Of a DNA stretch of 64,000 nt, positions 19,470-28,421 are shown piece by piece. Each line of letters starts with the position of its first letter. Position 1 is the first letter of the stretch. The notes beneath the pieces were generated by a model that was not told the origin of the DNA, made no database searches, and saw nothing but the letters and a program-made list of their open reading frames with translations. Position numbers and translations under genes: made by a program. Source of the stretch: Chloroflexota bacterium (GTDB lineage Bacteria > Chloroflexota > Dehalococcoidia > DSTF01 > RBG-16-68-14); the NCBI GenBank assembly GCA_029262675.1, contig JAJCYW010000005.1:17402-81401 (forward strand). Reading direction: 5' to 3'.

Positions 19470-21377
19470 ATGGCTCACTTCGGCGGCGGCGGCATGGGCG
19501 GCATCGGCGGCCTCGGAGGCCGCGGCGGCATCAGCGGCTTTCAGCGGCTCAAGGGAGGTTACGACGGCTGGGACGACGAGGAGTTTGGCTCCGTCTACAG
19601 TCACGATGTCGTCATGCGGCTGCTGGGCTACCTGCGGCCGTTCAAGGGCCGCGCTGCCACGGCGGTACTGGCGACTGTTATCTTCATCGTTGCTGGGCGC
19701 TACCAGCCGGTCCTCGTCCGCGACCTGATCGACTCAGCCGCTACCGGTGACATCGGCGATGTGAACCGAACTGGCGTCTTCTTCATCGTGCTGGCGTTAG
19801 CGGCCTGGGCGGCCAACTACGTGCAGTTGCTGAACACGGGCTGGATCGGCCACCGGGTGCTGTTCACGCTCCGCACGCAGATGTTCAACCACTACCAGAA
19901 GCTCTCGCTGCGCTTCTACGACAACAACGAGGTTGGCAAGGTGATGTCGCGCGTGACGAGCGACGTGACGACGCTCCAGGAGCTGCTCAGCAGCGGCCTG
20001 ATCACCATCCTCGCCGATTTCGGCGGCCTCTTCTTCGTGATCGCGCTGATGCTGATGCTGGATGTGCAGCTCACACTGGTCACGCTCGCCGTCGTGCCGT
20101 TCCTCGTCGGCGCCATGTTCGTCTGGCAGTTCTACGCGCGGCGCGCGTTTATACGCGTGCGCCAGGCGATCGCCGTCGTCAACTCCAGCCTGCAGGAGAA
20201 CGTCTCGGGCGTCCGCGTGATCCAGAGCCTCTCCCGCGAATCGGAGAGCAGCCGCCGCTTCGACGACGTCAACCGCAGCAACTTCACAGCCAACGTCGAT
20301 GCCGGCAAGGTCACGGCCGCGGTGCTGCCGATGGTCGAGGTCAGCGTCGCTGTGGCAACGGCAATGGTCGTCATATTCGGCGGCTTTAAGGCGATCAACG
20401 GCGACCTCTCGCCCGGCACGCTCGTCGCGTTCACGCTGTTGGTGCAGGGCTTCTTCGAGCCGGTGCGCACGCTGACGATGCAGTACACGCAGCTCCAGCG
20501 TGCGATGGCCGGCGGCGAGCGGATCTTCGAGGTGCTGGATACGGAGCCGGAGATCCAGGACGCGCCGGACGCGATCGAGCTCGATGACGTGCGTGGCGAG
20601 GTGACCTTCGAACACGTCAGTCACTCCTACGTGGACGACGTCGAGGTGCTGAAGGACTTCAATCTGCACGTCCAGCCGGGTGAGACGATCGCGATTGTCG
20701 GGCCGACGGGCGCGGGCAAAACAACCGTCACGGCTCTTGCCGCCCGTTTTTACGACGCTTCGGAGGGCCGCGTGCTGATCGACGGCCACGACATCCGCAA
20801 GGTGCAACGCCAGTCGCTGGCGCGTCGCATGGGTCTTGTGTTGCAGGAGCCGTTCCTCTTTTCAGGTACCGTGCTGAGCAACATCCGCTACAGCCGTCCC
20901 AACGCCTCGCGAGAGGATGTCGAACAGGCGGCCACGGCAGTTGGCGCGCACGATTTCATCATGCGGATGGAGCACGGCTACGACACTGAGCTGCAGGAAC
21001 GGGGCCAGAACCTTAGCGTCGGTCAGCGACAGCTACTGGCGTTCGCCCGCGCTGTGCTGGCGGACCCGCGCATCTTGATCTTGGACGAGGCGACGGCGAA
21101 CGTCGATACGCGGACCGAGGCCGTGATCCAGCGCGCGTTAGGCCAACTGTTGAAAGGCAGAACATCGTTCGTTATCGCGCACCGCCTATCGACGATCCGC
21201 AACGCGGACCGCGTGATCGTGCTGCAGGACGGCGCCATCGCCGAGCAGGGCACGCACGACGAGCTGTTGGCCTTGGGCGGACTCTACGCGAAGCTCTACC
21301 AGATGACGTACCAGGAGCGGAACGGTGACTCGGCCGCTGCCGCAGAGATTCCGCAGCCTGACGCGAGGGTCACTTGA
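19470..21377 (+). CDS. ABC exporter, fused TMD-NBD (heterodimer subunit 2)
   Basis: GPTGAGKTT, LSVGQRQ, ILILDEAT, IAHRLST; begins immediately after subunit 1. Confidence 0.93.
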   Translation: MAHFGGGGMGGIGGLGGRGGISGFQRLKGGYDGWDDEEFGSVYSHDVVMRLLGYLRPFKGRAATAVLATVIFIVAGRYQPVLVRDLIDSAATGDIGDVNRTGVFFIVLALAAWAANYVQLLNTGWIGHRVLFTLRTQMFNHYQKLSLRFYDNNEVGKVMSRVTSDVTTLQELLSSGLITILADFGGLFFVIALMLMLDVQLTLVTLAVVPFLVGAMFVWQFYARRAFIRVRQAIAVVNSSLQENVSGVRVIQSLSRESESSRRFDDVNRSNFTANVDAGKVTAAVLPMVEVSVAVATAMVVIFGGFKAINGDLSPGTLVAFTLLVQGFFEPVRTLTMQYTQLQRAMAGGERIFEVLDTEPEIQDAPDAIELDDVRGEVTFEHVSHSYVDDVEVLKDFNLHVQPGETIAIVGPTGAGKTTVTALAARFYDASEGRVLIDGHDIRKVQRQSLARRMGLVLQEPFLFSGTVLSNIRYSRPNASREDVEQAATAVGAHDFIMRMEHGYDTELQERGQNLSVGQRQLLAFARAVLADPRILILDEATANVDTRTEAVIQRALGQLLKGRTSFVIAHRLSTIRNADRVIVLQDGAIAEQGTHDELLALGGLYAKLYQMTYQERNGDSAAAAEIPQPDARVT

Positions 21378-21410
21378 GACGGCCGCCCCGCCGACTAGGA
21401 CAAACCCGTA

Positions 21411-21440
21411 TTGACAGTCCTGTCGGCCAATTGATATAGT
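21411..21440 (+). promoter_or_regulatory. Sigma70-like promoter flanked by an inverted repeat
   Basis: TTGACA-18-TATAGT; CCGACTAGGAC ... GTCCT-GTCGG brackets the -35. Confidence 0.55.
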
Positions 21441-21467
21441 GATGGTACGAATGCAGAGGATTCAACC

Positions 21468-21557
21468 ATGATTGCCACGCGTACGCACATGACATGTCCG
21501 GCGGATTCCCGCTCTAGTGGGAATCTGGTGCGGATCGGCGTGGGTTGTAAAACCTGA
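21468..21557 (+). CDS. Putative 29-aa leader peptide/small protein
   Basis: AGAGGA 7 nt before ATG; encodes MIATRTHMTCPADSRSSGNLVRIGVGCKT*; below the ORF-track cutoff. Confidence 0.4.
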   Translation: MIATRTHMTCPADSRSSGNLVRIGVGCKT

Positions 21558-21581
21558 TAGATTGTTCGACTTTGTATCAGC

Positions 21582-21607
21582 AGCCCACTGCCAACAAGCG
21601 GTGGGCT
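21582..21607 (+). terminator. Hairpin in the leader of the cyclase gene
   Basis: AGCCCACTGC-caacaa-GCGGTGGGCT followed by ATTT. Confidence 0.5.
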
Positions 21608-21629
21608 ATTTGCATATAGGGATTGGGAG

Positions 21630-22301
21630 ATGACATTACAGACGACTGAGGCGACGGTAGAGACGCCTCTCGTTGCACCACAGCAGGAGGACGAGGCACG
21701 TTGTCCCACGTGCGACGCCGCCGTTCCCGCGGGCTTCCGGTTCTGCGGGCAGTGCGGTCGCGCGCTGGCGGCTACGCTGGCGCCCTCTCCCGGCGACCTG
21801 CTGACGATCGCATTCATCGACCTCGAGGGCTTCACCACGTTCGCGAGCCGCGTCGACGACGAGGAGGTGCGCGAGCTGATCCGCTCGTTCCACGGCCTTG
21901 TCCGCGATGAGGTCGGCAGCCACGGTGGGTTTGAGGTGAAGCAGATGGGCGATGGCTTCATGCTGGCCTTCTCCAACCCGGCGAAGGCGCTCGATTGCGC
22001 CGTCGGGATCCAGCGGGCGGTGGCGAGCGCCGGCGGTGACGGACTCTCGCCCTCGACCCGCGTCAGCGCCGGACTGAACAGCGGCGGCGCGATTCGGGAC
22101 GGCGACGACTTCTTCGGCCACACCGTCAACGTTGCTTCGCGGATCGCCGGACGCGCGGACGGCGGCCAAGTTCTGATCTCGGAGGCGACGCGGGTGCTCG
22201 TCGGTCAGCCTGAGGGCGTCCGCATCATCGATAGGGGACGGCGCACGCTGCGCGGCATTGCGCCGCGCCACCGCCTCTTCGAGGTGGTCTGGTGGGAGTA
22301 A
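21630..22301 (+). CDS. Zinc-ribbon plus class III adenylate/guanylate cyclase domain protein
   Basis: CPTC...FCGQC, TIAFIDLEGFT, VKQMGDGFM, FFGHTVNVASR. Confidence 0.87.
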   Translation: MTLQTTEATVETPLVAPQQEDEARCPTCDAAVPAGFRFCGQCGRALAATLAPSPGDLLTIAFIDLEGFTTFASRVDDEEVRELIRSFHGLVRDEVGSHGGFEVKQMGDGFMLAFSNPAKALDCAVGIQRAVASAGGDGLSPSTRVSAGLNSGGAIRDGDDFFGHTVNVASRIAGRADGGQVLISEATRVLVGQPEGVRIIDRGRRTLRGIAPRHRLFEVVWWE

Positions 22302-22336
22302 GCTACCCGCCGGTAGCGCGCCAGTAGCCATACATG

Positions 22337-22367
22337 AAGAAGCGCCCGGCATTGCCGGGCGCTTCTT
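22337..22367. terminator. 15-bp-stem hairpin downstream of flexitail gene 1
   Basis: AAGAAGCGCCCGGCA-t-TGCCGGGCGCTTCTT. Confidence 0.75.
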
Positions 22368-22388
22368 GGCATACCAGGCTTCGCTACC

Positions 22389-24791
22389 TCACCGGCAGTC
22401 GTGGTTGTATTGCTGAATCACCCCCAAGATGTCGTTTAGCAGGTCTATCACCCCATCTGGCGGAGTCATGTTCCAGGCGTTGGGGCCTTCGGATGCTCCG
22501 CGGTCGTAGTGCGCGTCGTACGGTGGGTCACCCGTGGGCGAGTAGTGCTGGATGACACTGAGGATGTCGAACAGCAGGTCGACAGTGCCGTCCTGGCCCG
22601 GCCCTGAGATCGTCTCCACATCATAGAAGTCGTACGGGTTGAGGTAGTCACGATGCCCGCCGAACTTCTCGTCCAGACCGTTCTCCTGTTGGTCGGAGCA
22701 GCCATCACCGTCTTTGTCACCATTCGGAAGCTTGGGTGGCGGTCCCAGCTCGACGGCCCGCGTGCAGAACAAGGGTGGGCCAGCGACGAACGCGCCCAGC
22801 TCAAGGCTGAACTGCGTCTGGATGTCAATGGGCGCATTGACGGCGGTGCCGCCAGCAACGAGGTAGCAGGTCAGCACCGGCACTTCCTGCAGCCCCTCTC
22901 CCGCCTTTAGAGATGGCACGCACAGCAAACCCCTGATGTTGGTGAGGTCCAATATCTCAGTGACGAACTGGTTGCTGATGAACGGATCCGGGTCGGTAAT
23001 CACGCCGCCGGTGCTTTCGTAGCAGGCATAGTAGGGCAACGGATCTGGTGTGCCCCCGCCCTTTATCGCCGGCACGCACAGGTTGACGAGCGGCCCGATG
23101 GTGTGTTCAAGCACACCGTACTGGTCCGCTACCTCAACGGTCTGGCCGCCGGCGAACGCGCTGGTGGCGGTGAAGCAGCGTAGCGTGGGCAGGAACGGGT
23201 TTCCGCTCTTGTTCTTCTCGGAAGACGGACACAAGAAGGCTCCTTCTCCGACAGTAACGACCTCGTCCATGTACTGGTTCTGGAGCACTACGCCCACGTC
23301 GACGTCAGCGCCAAGGGCCGAGTAGCACGTGTAGTACGGCCCGTTCGGCGACCCCATGCTGAATACCAGGCTACCGCCACCGGGCGCGGTGCTGAAATCA
23401 GCCACCATGATGTGGTACTGCGTACCGCCCGCGAGCGGTATGTTCTTGGACGACTGGCTATTCGACAGGGTGTCGTCGTCGCAGAAGACCGGCGTGAGCG
23501 CCCCCTTAGAGCCGACGTACACCGTGACCACGGTGTCGTAGTCGGAGCCCTCCGTGGTGATGTTCACCAGCTCGTCACCTACCGGCGTGTACGTGTACCA
23601 GACGGTATTCGAGTCTCCGCCTACCGAGCCGCAGCTTGGTCCCGGGTCGTTCCCCGCGACGGTCGCAACACTCGTGTCCGTGATGTCGCTGAACGGCAGG
23701 CGGCTGACGACGGTGCTGTCCGTGAAGTCGTCGTTCTTGGCGGCCCCAGGGCCGCCGAGCGAGTGCGTCTGGAAGAACGCCCACATCAGGTCGTTGGCGC
23801 TGATTTCATGGGTCGTCTCACCAAAAGTCGGGACATACTGGCCCAAGTCCAATGATAGGCCAGGCCATGTGTGTCCACCTCCTTCAGTTCCGGGGCCTGC
23901 GCCGTCGACGTCCTCAACGACGTACAACTCCACCGTGGCGCCTTCGACGCAGTTTTGATATCGCACCAATCGGACGCCTGCGGTCGCAGGCGCCGGCCCG
24001 TCCTGGGGCACAACACCGCAGCCGTTGTTCGCCGCCAACAGGGCGATGGCATCTTCGATGCTGTTCTTGTAAGTAAAACCCGAGACATCTGACAACCCGC
24101 CTGCGAAAGGAACGTGCAGATCAGCGGTGCCGTGGAATGCGATGATGGGAACCGGGCGAGTTGAAGGGCATCCTGGTGGCTCAGGAAACCCAACCAAATT
24201 CGGCGGGAAGTAGGTTCCCCCCACGGGAGCGACGGCAGCAATGCGATTGGCGAGGCTGCAGGCGAGTCGAACCGACATGAACGCGCCGTTGGATTTGCCG
24301 GTGGCGTAGACTCGGGTAACGTCGATGCAGAGCTGTGACGCGACGGCATCGATCAGGTCGCTGATGAACGCGACGTCGTCGGGCCCACCCGGCTCTACTG
24401 TAGATGCGTTCCAGTGCGGGAGGGCCCAGAATGTCCCTGCAGTCGGCCACCCATCAGGCGACACCAAGACGAATCCAGCCTCCTCGGCCTTGGCGGGCAG
24501 TTCGCTGAAGAAGCGCTGGAACGCTCCGCTGCCGCCGAACCCGTGGAGATTGAAGACCAATGGCACGGCGTCGGCCCCCGTATATGAAGACGGAACGTCG
24601 AGAATGTAGGTTCTCGTAAAACCGCCGGAAACGATGGTTTCATTGAAGGTGCCGTCGGCGTGCGGGCGCGCCGGGTCGCACGTGCTTACAGCTGCAGCGC
24701 GCTCTGGGCTCGCCCCCAACAAGCCGAAAGTAACGACGACCGCAACAGCGAGCAGTCCGATGGTGACGTGCATGATGTCTTGCGTTCGCAT
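22389..24791 (-). CDS. Secreted PHB-depolymerase/LpqC-type esterase + PPC-like domain + Cys-rich repeats + flexitail
   Basis: Signal peptide; LHGFGG, GKSNG nucleophile, FHGTAD, GGGHTWPG; NDDF...VWYTYTP domain; four Cys repeats; C-terminal GDKDGDGCSD...DGVIDLLNDILGVIQQY. Confidence 0.8.
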   Translation of the reverse strand: MRTQDIMHVTIGLLAVAVVVTFGLLGASPERAAAVSTCDPARPHADGTFNETIVSGGFTRTYILDVPSSYTGADAVPLVFNLHGFGGSGAFQRFFSELPAKAEEAGFVLVSPDGWPTAGTFWALPHWNASTVEPGGPDDVAFISDLIDAVASQLCIDVTRVYATGKSNGAFMSVRLACSLANRIAAVAPVGGTYFPPNLVGFPEPPGCPSTRPVPIIAFHGTADLHVPFAGGLSDVSGFTYKNSIEDAIALLAANNGCGVVPQDGPAPATAGVRLVRYQNCVEGATVELYVVEDVDGAGPGTEGGGHTWPGLSLDLGQYVPTFGETTHEISANDLMWAFFQTHSLGGPGAAKNDDFTDSTVVSRLPFSDITDTSVATVAGNDPGPSCGSVGGDSNTVWYTYTPVGDELVNITTEGSDYDTVVTVYVGSKGALTPVFCDDDTLSNSQSSKNIPLAGGTQYHIMVADFSTAPGGGSLVFSMGSPNGPYYTCYSALGADVDVGVVLQNQYMDEVVTVGEGAFLCPSSEKNKSGNPFLPTLRCFTATSAFAGGQTVEVADQYGVLEHTIGPLVNLCVPAIKGGGTPDPLPYYACYESTGGVITDPDPFISNQFVTEILDLTNIRGLLCVPSLKAGEGLQEVPVLTCYLVAGGTAVNAPIDIQTQFSLELGAFVAGPPLFCTRAVELGPPPKLPNGDKDGDGCSDQQENGLDEKFGGHRDYLNPYDFYDVETISGPGQDGTVDLLFDILSVIQHYSPTGDPPYDAHYDRGASEGPNAWNMTPPDGVIDLLNDILGVIQQYNHDCR

Positions 24792-24828
24792 GCCCTACCT
24801 CCTCCTGTGCTGGCGTCTACGCCCGAGT

Positions 24829-24858
24829 CAAGGAGCGCCCCAATTGGGGCGCTCCTTG
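24829..24858. terminator. Perfect 30-bp palindrome downstream of flexitail gene 2
   Basis: CAAGGAGCGCCCCAATTGGGGCGCTCCTTG. Confidence 0.75.
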
Positions 24859-24876
24859 GTCGCGCCCCTCCATTCA

Positions 24877-26232
24877 CTACGCTGGAAGTGTGCAGCCAGT
24901 AGGCTGGTATTGCAGTATCACTCCCAGAATATCGTTCAGCAGGTCGATGACGCCGTCTGGCGCCGTCATGTTCCAGGCGTTGGGCCCTGTTGTCGGCCCG
25001 CGGTCATATGCAACGGCGTACGGCGGGGCGCCACCAGGAGTCGGCTGGTAATGCTGGATCACGCCGAGAATGTCATACAGCAGGTCGATGACACCGTCGC
25101 CGTTGACGTCGTAGTAGTCGTACGGGTCCTCCCAGTCACGGCCCCCGCCGTTGTTGTGCTGGGCCTTCGGCAGGTTCTCGTTCACGTCGGCGCAGCCGTC
25201 GCCGTCGGTGTCGCCCTTGAACGGGAGCTTGAGGGGCGCACAGTTGATCGACAGCGTGGCGGCAACGTCCACGAGCTCCGGTGTGGTGTCGCCATCCACA
25301 TCGACTAACTCCTGGCCGACCGTCCGTGGCAAGGCGTTGAACATGCCTGACTTCACGAAGTGCGTACCCGAAGGATTGGCCACAGAGAGCACTGGCAGCG
25401 CAACCTCAAAGGAACCGCTGGGCGGGCAATTCAAGGCGATTTCCACGATGCTGTCTTCATAGTTGCTCACGGGATACGGAGGCAATGCCAGCGCGTTGGT
25501 CGCTAGATGGTGAACGACCCGTTCCTGGCCCGTAACGGGTCCGATTCGCACCTCGAAGCCCCCAAACGGGGCAACGCCGTCCGGCCAGACCACCTCAGCA
25601 GCCCCGTTATCGCCGGTCGGCTTGTATTTCAGGGAGCCGTAGACGACCTGGGTTTGGAAGCCGATATAGCCCTTCACCGGCGCGTGGTTCACGTCCGCGA
25701 CCAGCGTGAATTGGCTGTCTGGCGGGACGGTGCACTTGGTCGGCTTCTGGGGATGATCGCAGACAGCGCCCGCACTCGTCACGTTGAGCGACATCTCGGG
25801 CTCGGGCGCTGGCGTGGCCGCCGGCGTGGGAGTCGCTTTGGGTGTTCCACCGGGGCCGATAGGGTTGCTCTGGCAAGCCGTTGCCGTGTTGTAGTGCTTT
25901 ATGAGAATGATTATGTCAGAAATGAGAACAGTGCCGTTCCCGTCGAGGTCCGCCTGCAGAGGCGCGGGGGGGACCGTCTGCAAGTAGTATGTGAGCTGAA
26001 TCAGCAGGTCGACGAGCGTCACCATGCCGTCGCCGTTGAGGTCCGCGCAGGCTGCTATCGAATGAAGGGGCGAAAGGGCGTTGGCGTCGACTTCGATTGC
26101 CGCTTCGGCGCTCTGCGGCTCGCCTGAGCCGAAACCGTCCGGGCTGGAAAGGAACACGCCTGCCGCGATCAGCGCGGGCAATACGAGCAGGCCGAATGCC
26201 TTGGCCGTTGACGAGAACACTCGGTAGAACAT
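24877..26232 (-). CDS. Secreted protein: dockerin-like + PT linker + cohesin-like beta-sandwich + flexitail
   Basis: ADLNGDGMVTLVDLL...ADLDGNGTVLISDII; MSLNV..VC..KCTVPPDSQFTL..GYIGFQ; C-terminal GDTDGDGCAD...flexitail. Confidence 0.75.
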   Translation of the reverse strand: MFYRVFSSTAKAFGLLVLPALIAAGVFLSSPDGFGSGEPQSAEAAIEVDANALSPLHSIAACADLNGDGMVTLVDLLIQLTYYLQTVPPAPLQADLDGNGTVLISDIIILIKHYNTATACQSNPIGPGGTPKATPTPAATPAPEPEMSLNVTSAGAVCDHPQKPTKCTVPPDSQFTLVADVNHAPVKGYIGFQTQVVYGSLKYKPTGDNGAAEVVWPDGVAPFGGFEVRIGPVTGQERVVHHLATNALALPPYPVSNYEDSIVEIALNCPPSGSFEVALPVLSVANPSGTHFVKSGMFNALPRTVGQELVDVDGDTTPELVDVAATLSINCAPLKLPFKGDTDGDGCADVNENLPKAQHNNGGGRDWEDPYDYYDVNGDGVIDLLYDILGVIQHYQPTPGGAPPYAVAYDRGPTTGPNAWNMTAPDGVIDLLNDILGVILQYQPTGCTLPA

Positions 26233-26249
26233 CTTGAGCTTCCCCACAG

Positions 26250-26280
26250 AGGAGCGCCCGGCATCTCACCGGGCGCTCCT
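26250..26280. terminator. 12-bp-stem hairpin downstream of flexitail gene 3
   Basis: AGGAGCGCCCGG-catctca-CCGGGCGCTCCT. Confidence 0.75.
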
Positions 26281-26311
26281 TCGTTACCCCATCTCCATCC
26301 ACAGTGCGTGG

Positions 26312-28108
26312 CTATACGCAGCCCAGTGGCTGGTATTGCTGTATCACGCCAAGAATGTCGTTCAGCAGATCGATGACGCCGTCCGGCGCCGTCATGTTCC
26401 ACGAGTTAGGCCCGGTTGTCGGCCCGCGGTCGAAGGCAATTGCGTACGGCGGAGCTCCTCCTGGTGCTGGCTGATAGTGGTTGATGACGCCGAGGATGTC
26501 GTTCAGCAGGTCGATGAAGCCGTCGCCGTTGACGTCGTAGTAGTCCCACGGGTCCATGTAGTCACGACCCCCGCCGTTGTTGGACTGGGCCTTCGGCAGG
26601 TTCTCGTTCACGTCCGCGCAGCCGTCGCCGTCGGTGTCGCCCTTGAAGGGCTGCTTGGTCGGCGTCGGTGTGGGCGTAGCTGTCGGCGTGGCCGTTGGCG
26701 TCGGCGTCGGCGCCAGCTTGACAGCCTCCGTGCAGAAGATATCGAGCGGGCCGACGTCCAGCGGGGTGGCTGGTTCGAACTGCGTAGTCACGGGAACGCC
26801 GATGACGCCTGCGAAGGGGCTAGCGGCGAGGTAGCACGCCAGTGGTGGGAGCCCCAGGTCTCCGGCTCCAAACTTCAGTGAAGGAACGCACACGAAGACC
26901 CGGTCGTCGATGACGGCGATAGGGCCAGTTTCGAACTGGTTGAGGATAATCGGACCCGGGCCAACGGCTACGGCGGCGAAACTATCGTAGCAGGACATGT
27001 AGGGTCCGGGTGGGGGCGGAGAGAAGTCCTTCGTCGCCGGAGCACAGAAGAATAGCAGCGGACCGATAATGTGTGGGGCCACACCGTACTGGTCTGCGAT
27101 GTCAACGCCTACTCCGCCCGGGAACGGGCCAGTGGCGGTATAACAGCGCAGCGTAGGCAGGGGCGCTAGCCCGCCGCCGTCCTTATCGGTGGGTGGACAT
27201 AGGTACGTGGGATCCAAGACGGTGATCGTGCTACTTTCGTATTGATTTTCGATTGCCACGGGCACACCGAGAGTCGGCCCAGGGGCGACGTAGCAGGCGT
27301 AGTTAACTGACGCTGGCGCGGCCGTTGGCGTCGGCGTGACCGTTGCCGTAGCTGTCGGCGTGGCCGTTGGCGTCGGCGGCACCAGCTTGACCGCCTCCGT
27401 GCAGAAGATGTCGAGCGGGCCGACGTCAAGCGGGAAGGCTGGTTCGAACTGCGTAGTCACGGGAACTCCGGGGACGCCTGCGAAGGAGCTGGTGGCGAAG
27501 TAGCAGGTCAGCGGTGGGACCCCTGGGTCTCCGGCTCCAAACTTCAGTGAAGGAACGCACACGAAGGCCCGGTCGTCAATGAGACTGATAGGTCCAGTCT
27601 CGAATTGGTTCGAGATTATCGGACCCGGGCCAACGGCTACAGCGGCGGGACTATCGTAGCAAGCATAGTAGGGAGCGGGTGGGGGCACCGAGAAATCCTT
27701 CGTCGCTGGAACGCAGAAGAATACCAACGGACCGATAATGTGCGGGGCTATCCCGTACTGGTCTACTATGTCAACGCCGATATCTCCGCCCAAAACCGGG
27801 CTAGAGGCGGCGTGGCATCGCAGCGTAGGCAGGGGCGGTGGCCCGCCGCCGTCCTTGCCCGTGGGTGGACATAGGTGCGTGCCATCCAAGACAGTGATAG
27901 TGCTGCTTTCGTATTGGTTGGCGATTATCACTGGCGCGCCGATAGGCGGCGCAGGAGCCAAGTAGCAGGCGTAGTTAATCGATGCCGGCGGGCCTCCAGA
28001 AGGTTCTCCTCCGGGCGCGGCCTCACCCTGGTCTTGCTGAACCAGGGTGAACGCGAAGATAGCGGCTAATGCTATCGCCAATGGCAGAAGCAGAATAGTC
28101 TTCCTCAT
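26312..28108 (-). CDS. Secreted protein with eight Cys-bracketed repeats + flexitail
   Basis: Signal peptide; two 223-aa units (669-bp DNA period), each of four C-Y..Q(Y/F)..CxPxxK repeats; PTPTATPTAT linkers; flexitail. Confidence 0.8.
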   Translation of the reverse strand: MRKTILLLPLAIALAAIFAFTLVQQDQGEAAPGGEPSGGPPASINYACYLAPAPPIGAPVIIANQYESSTITVLDGTHLCPPTGKDGGGPPPLPTLRCHAASSPVLGGDIGVDIVDQYGIAPHIIGPLVFFCVPATKDFSVPPPAPYYACYDSPAAVAVGPGPIISNQFETGPISLIDDRAFVCVPSLKFGAGDPGVPPLTCYFATSSFAGVPGVPVTTQFEPAFPLDVGPLDIFCTEAVKLVPPTPTATPTATATVTPTPTAAPASVNYACYVAPGPTLGVPVAIENQYESSTITVLDPTYLCPPTDKDGGGLAPLPTLRCYTATGPFPGGVGVDIADQYGVAPHIIGPLLFFCAPATKDFSPPPPGPYMSCYDSFAAVAVGPGPIILNQFETGPIAVIDDRVFVCVPSLKFGAGDLGLPPLACYLAASPFAGVIGVPVTTQFEPATPLDVGPLDIFCTEAVKLAPTPTPTATPTATPTPTPTKQPFKGDTDGDGCADVNENLPKAQSNNGGGRDYMDPWDYYDVNGDGFIDLLNDILGVINHYQPAPGGAPPYAIAFDRGPTTGPNSWNMTAPDGVIDLLNDILGVIQQYQPLGCV

Positions 28109-28294
28109 CAGGTTCCTCCTCTCTGTGTCTTGCCGGGTATCGTGCCGAGAGACGGCAGCCGAGTGCTATGTGGGTTGCGCGACGTAGGCGTAGCTCATTC
28201 GCACCTCCTCATGCAGGTGCGACCGGTAGCGAACCTCCGCCTTCTCCTGCCTTACCACCTGGCTCGCCACTGGCCATGGACTCGTGAGGCCCCA

Positions 28295-28322
28295 ATTCTA
28301 GCACCACGGCAGGAATTGTCAA
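28295..28322 (-). promoter_or_regulatory. Sigma70-like promoter for 26312-28108 and downstream genes
   Basis: Minus strand TTGACA-16-TAGAAT with extended -10 TG. Confidence 0.6.
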
Positions 28323-28421
28323 GGCTGAAGGCCTGGCGCGCATGCCTCTCCGCCACCGTCTGCCCTGGCTGGTTTGGCGGAAGCCTCAGCCGGTTCCTGT
28401 GCATGCAGAGGTGCGGCGAAG

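Noticed and set aside
21630-22301. Cyclase as part of a Pycsar/CBASS-type defence system
   Set aside because: No adjacent cyclic-nucleotide-binding or membrane effector gene; zinc-ribbon class III cyclases are common signalling proteins.
22337-26280. Gene + palindrome cassettes read as an integron array with attC sites
   Set aside because: The stems are only ~30 bp, lack the R-box/L-box layout with extrahelical bases, and no integron integrase is in the window.
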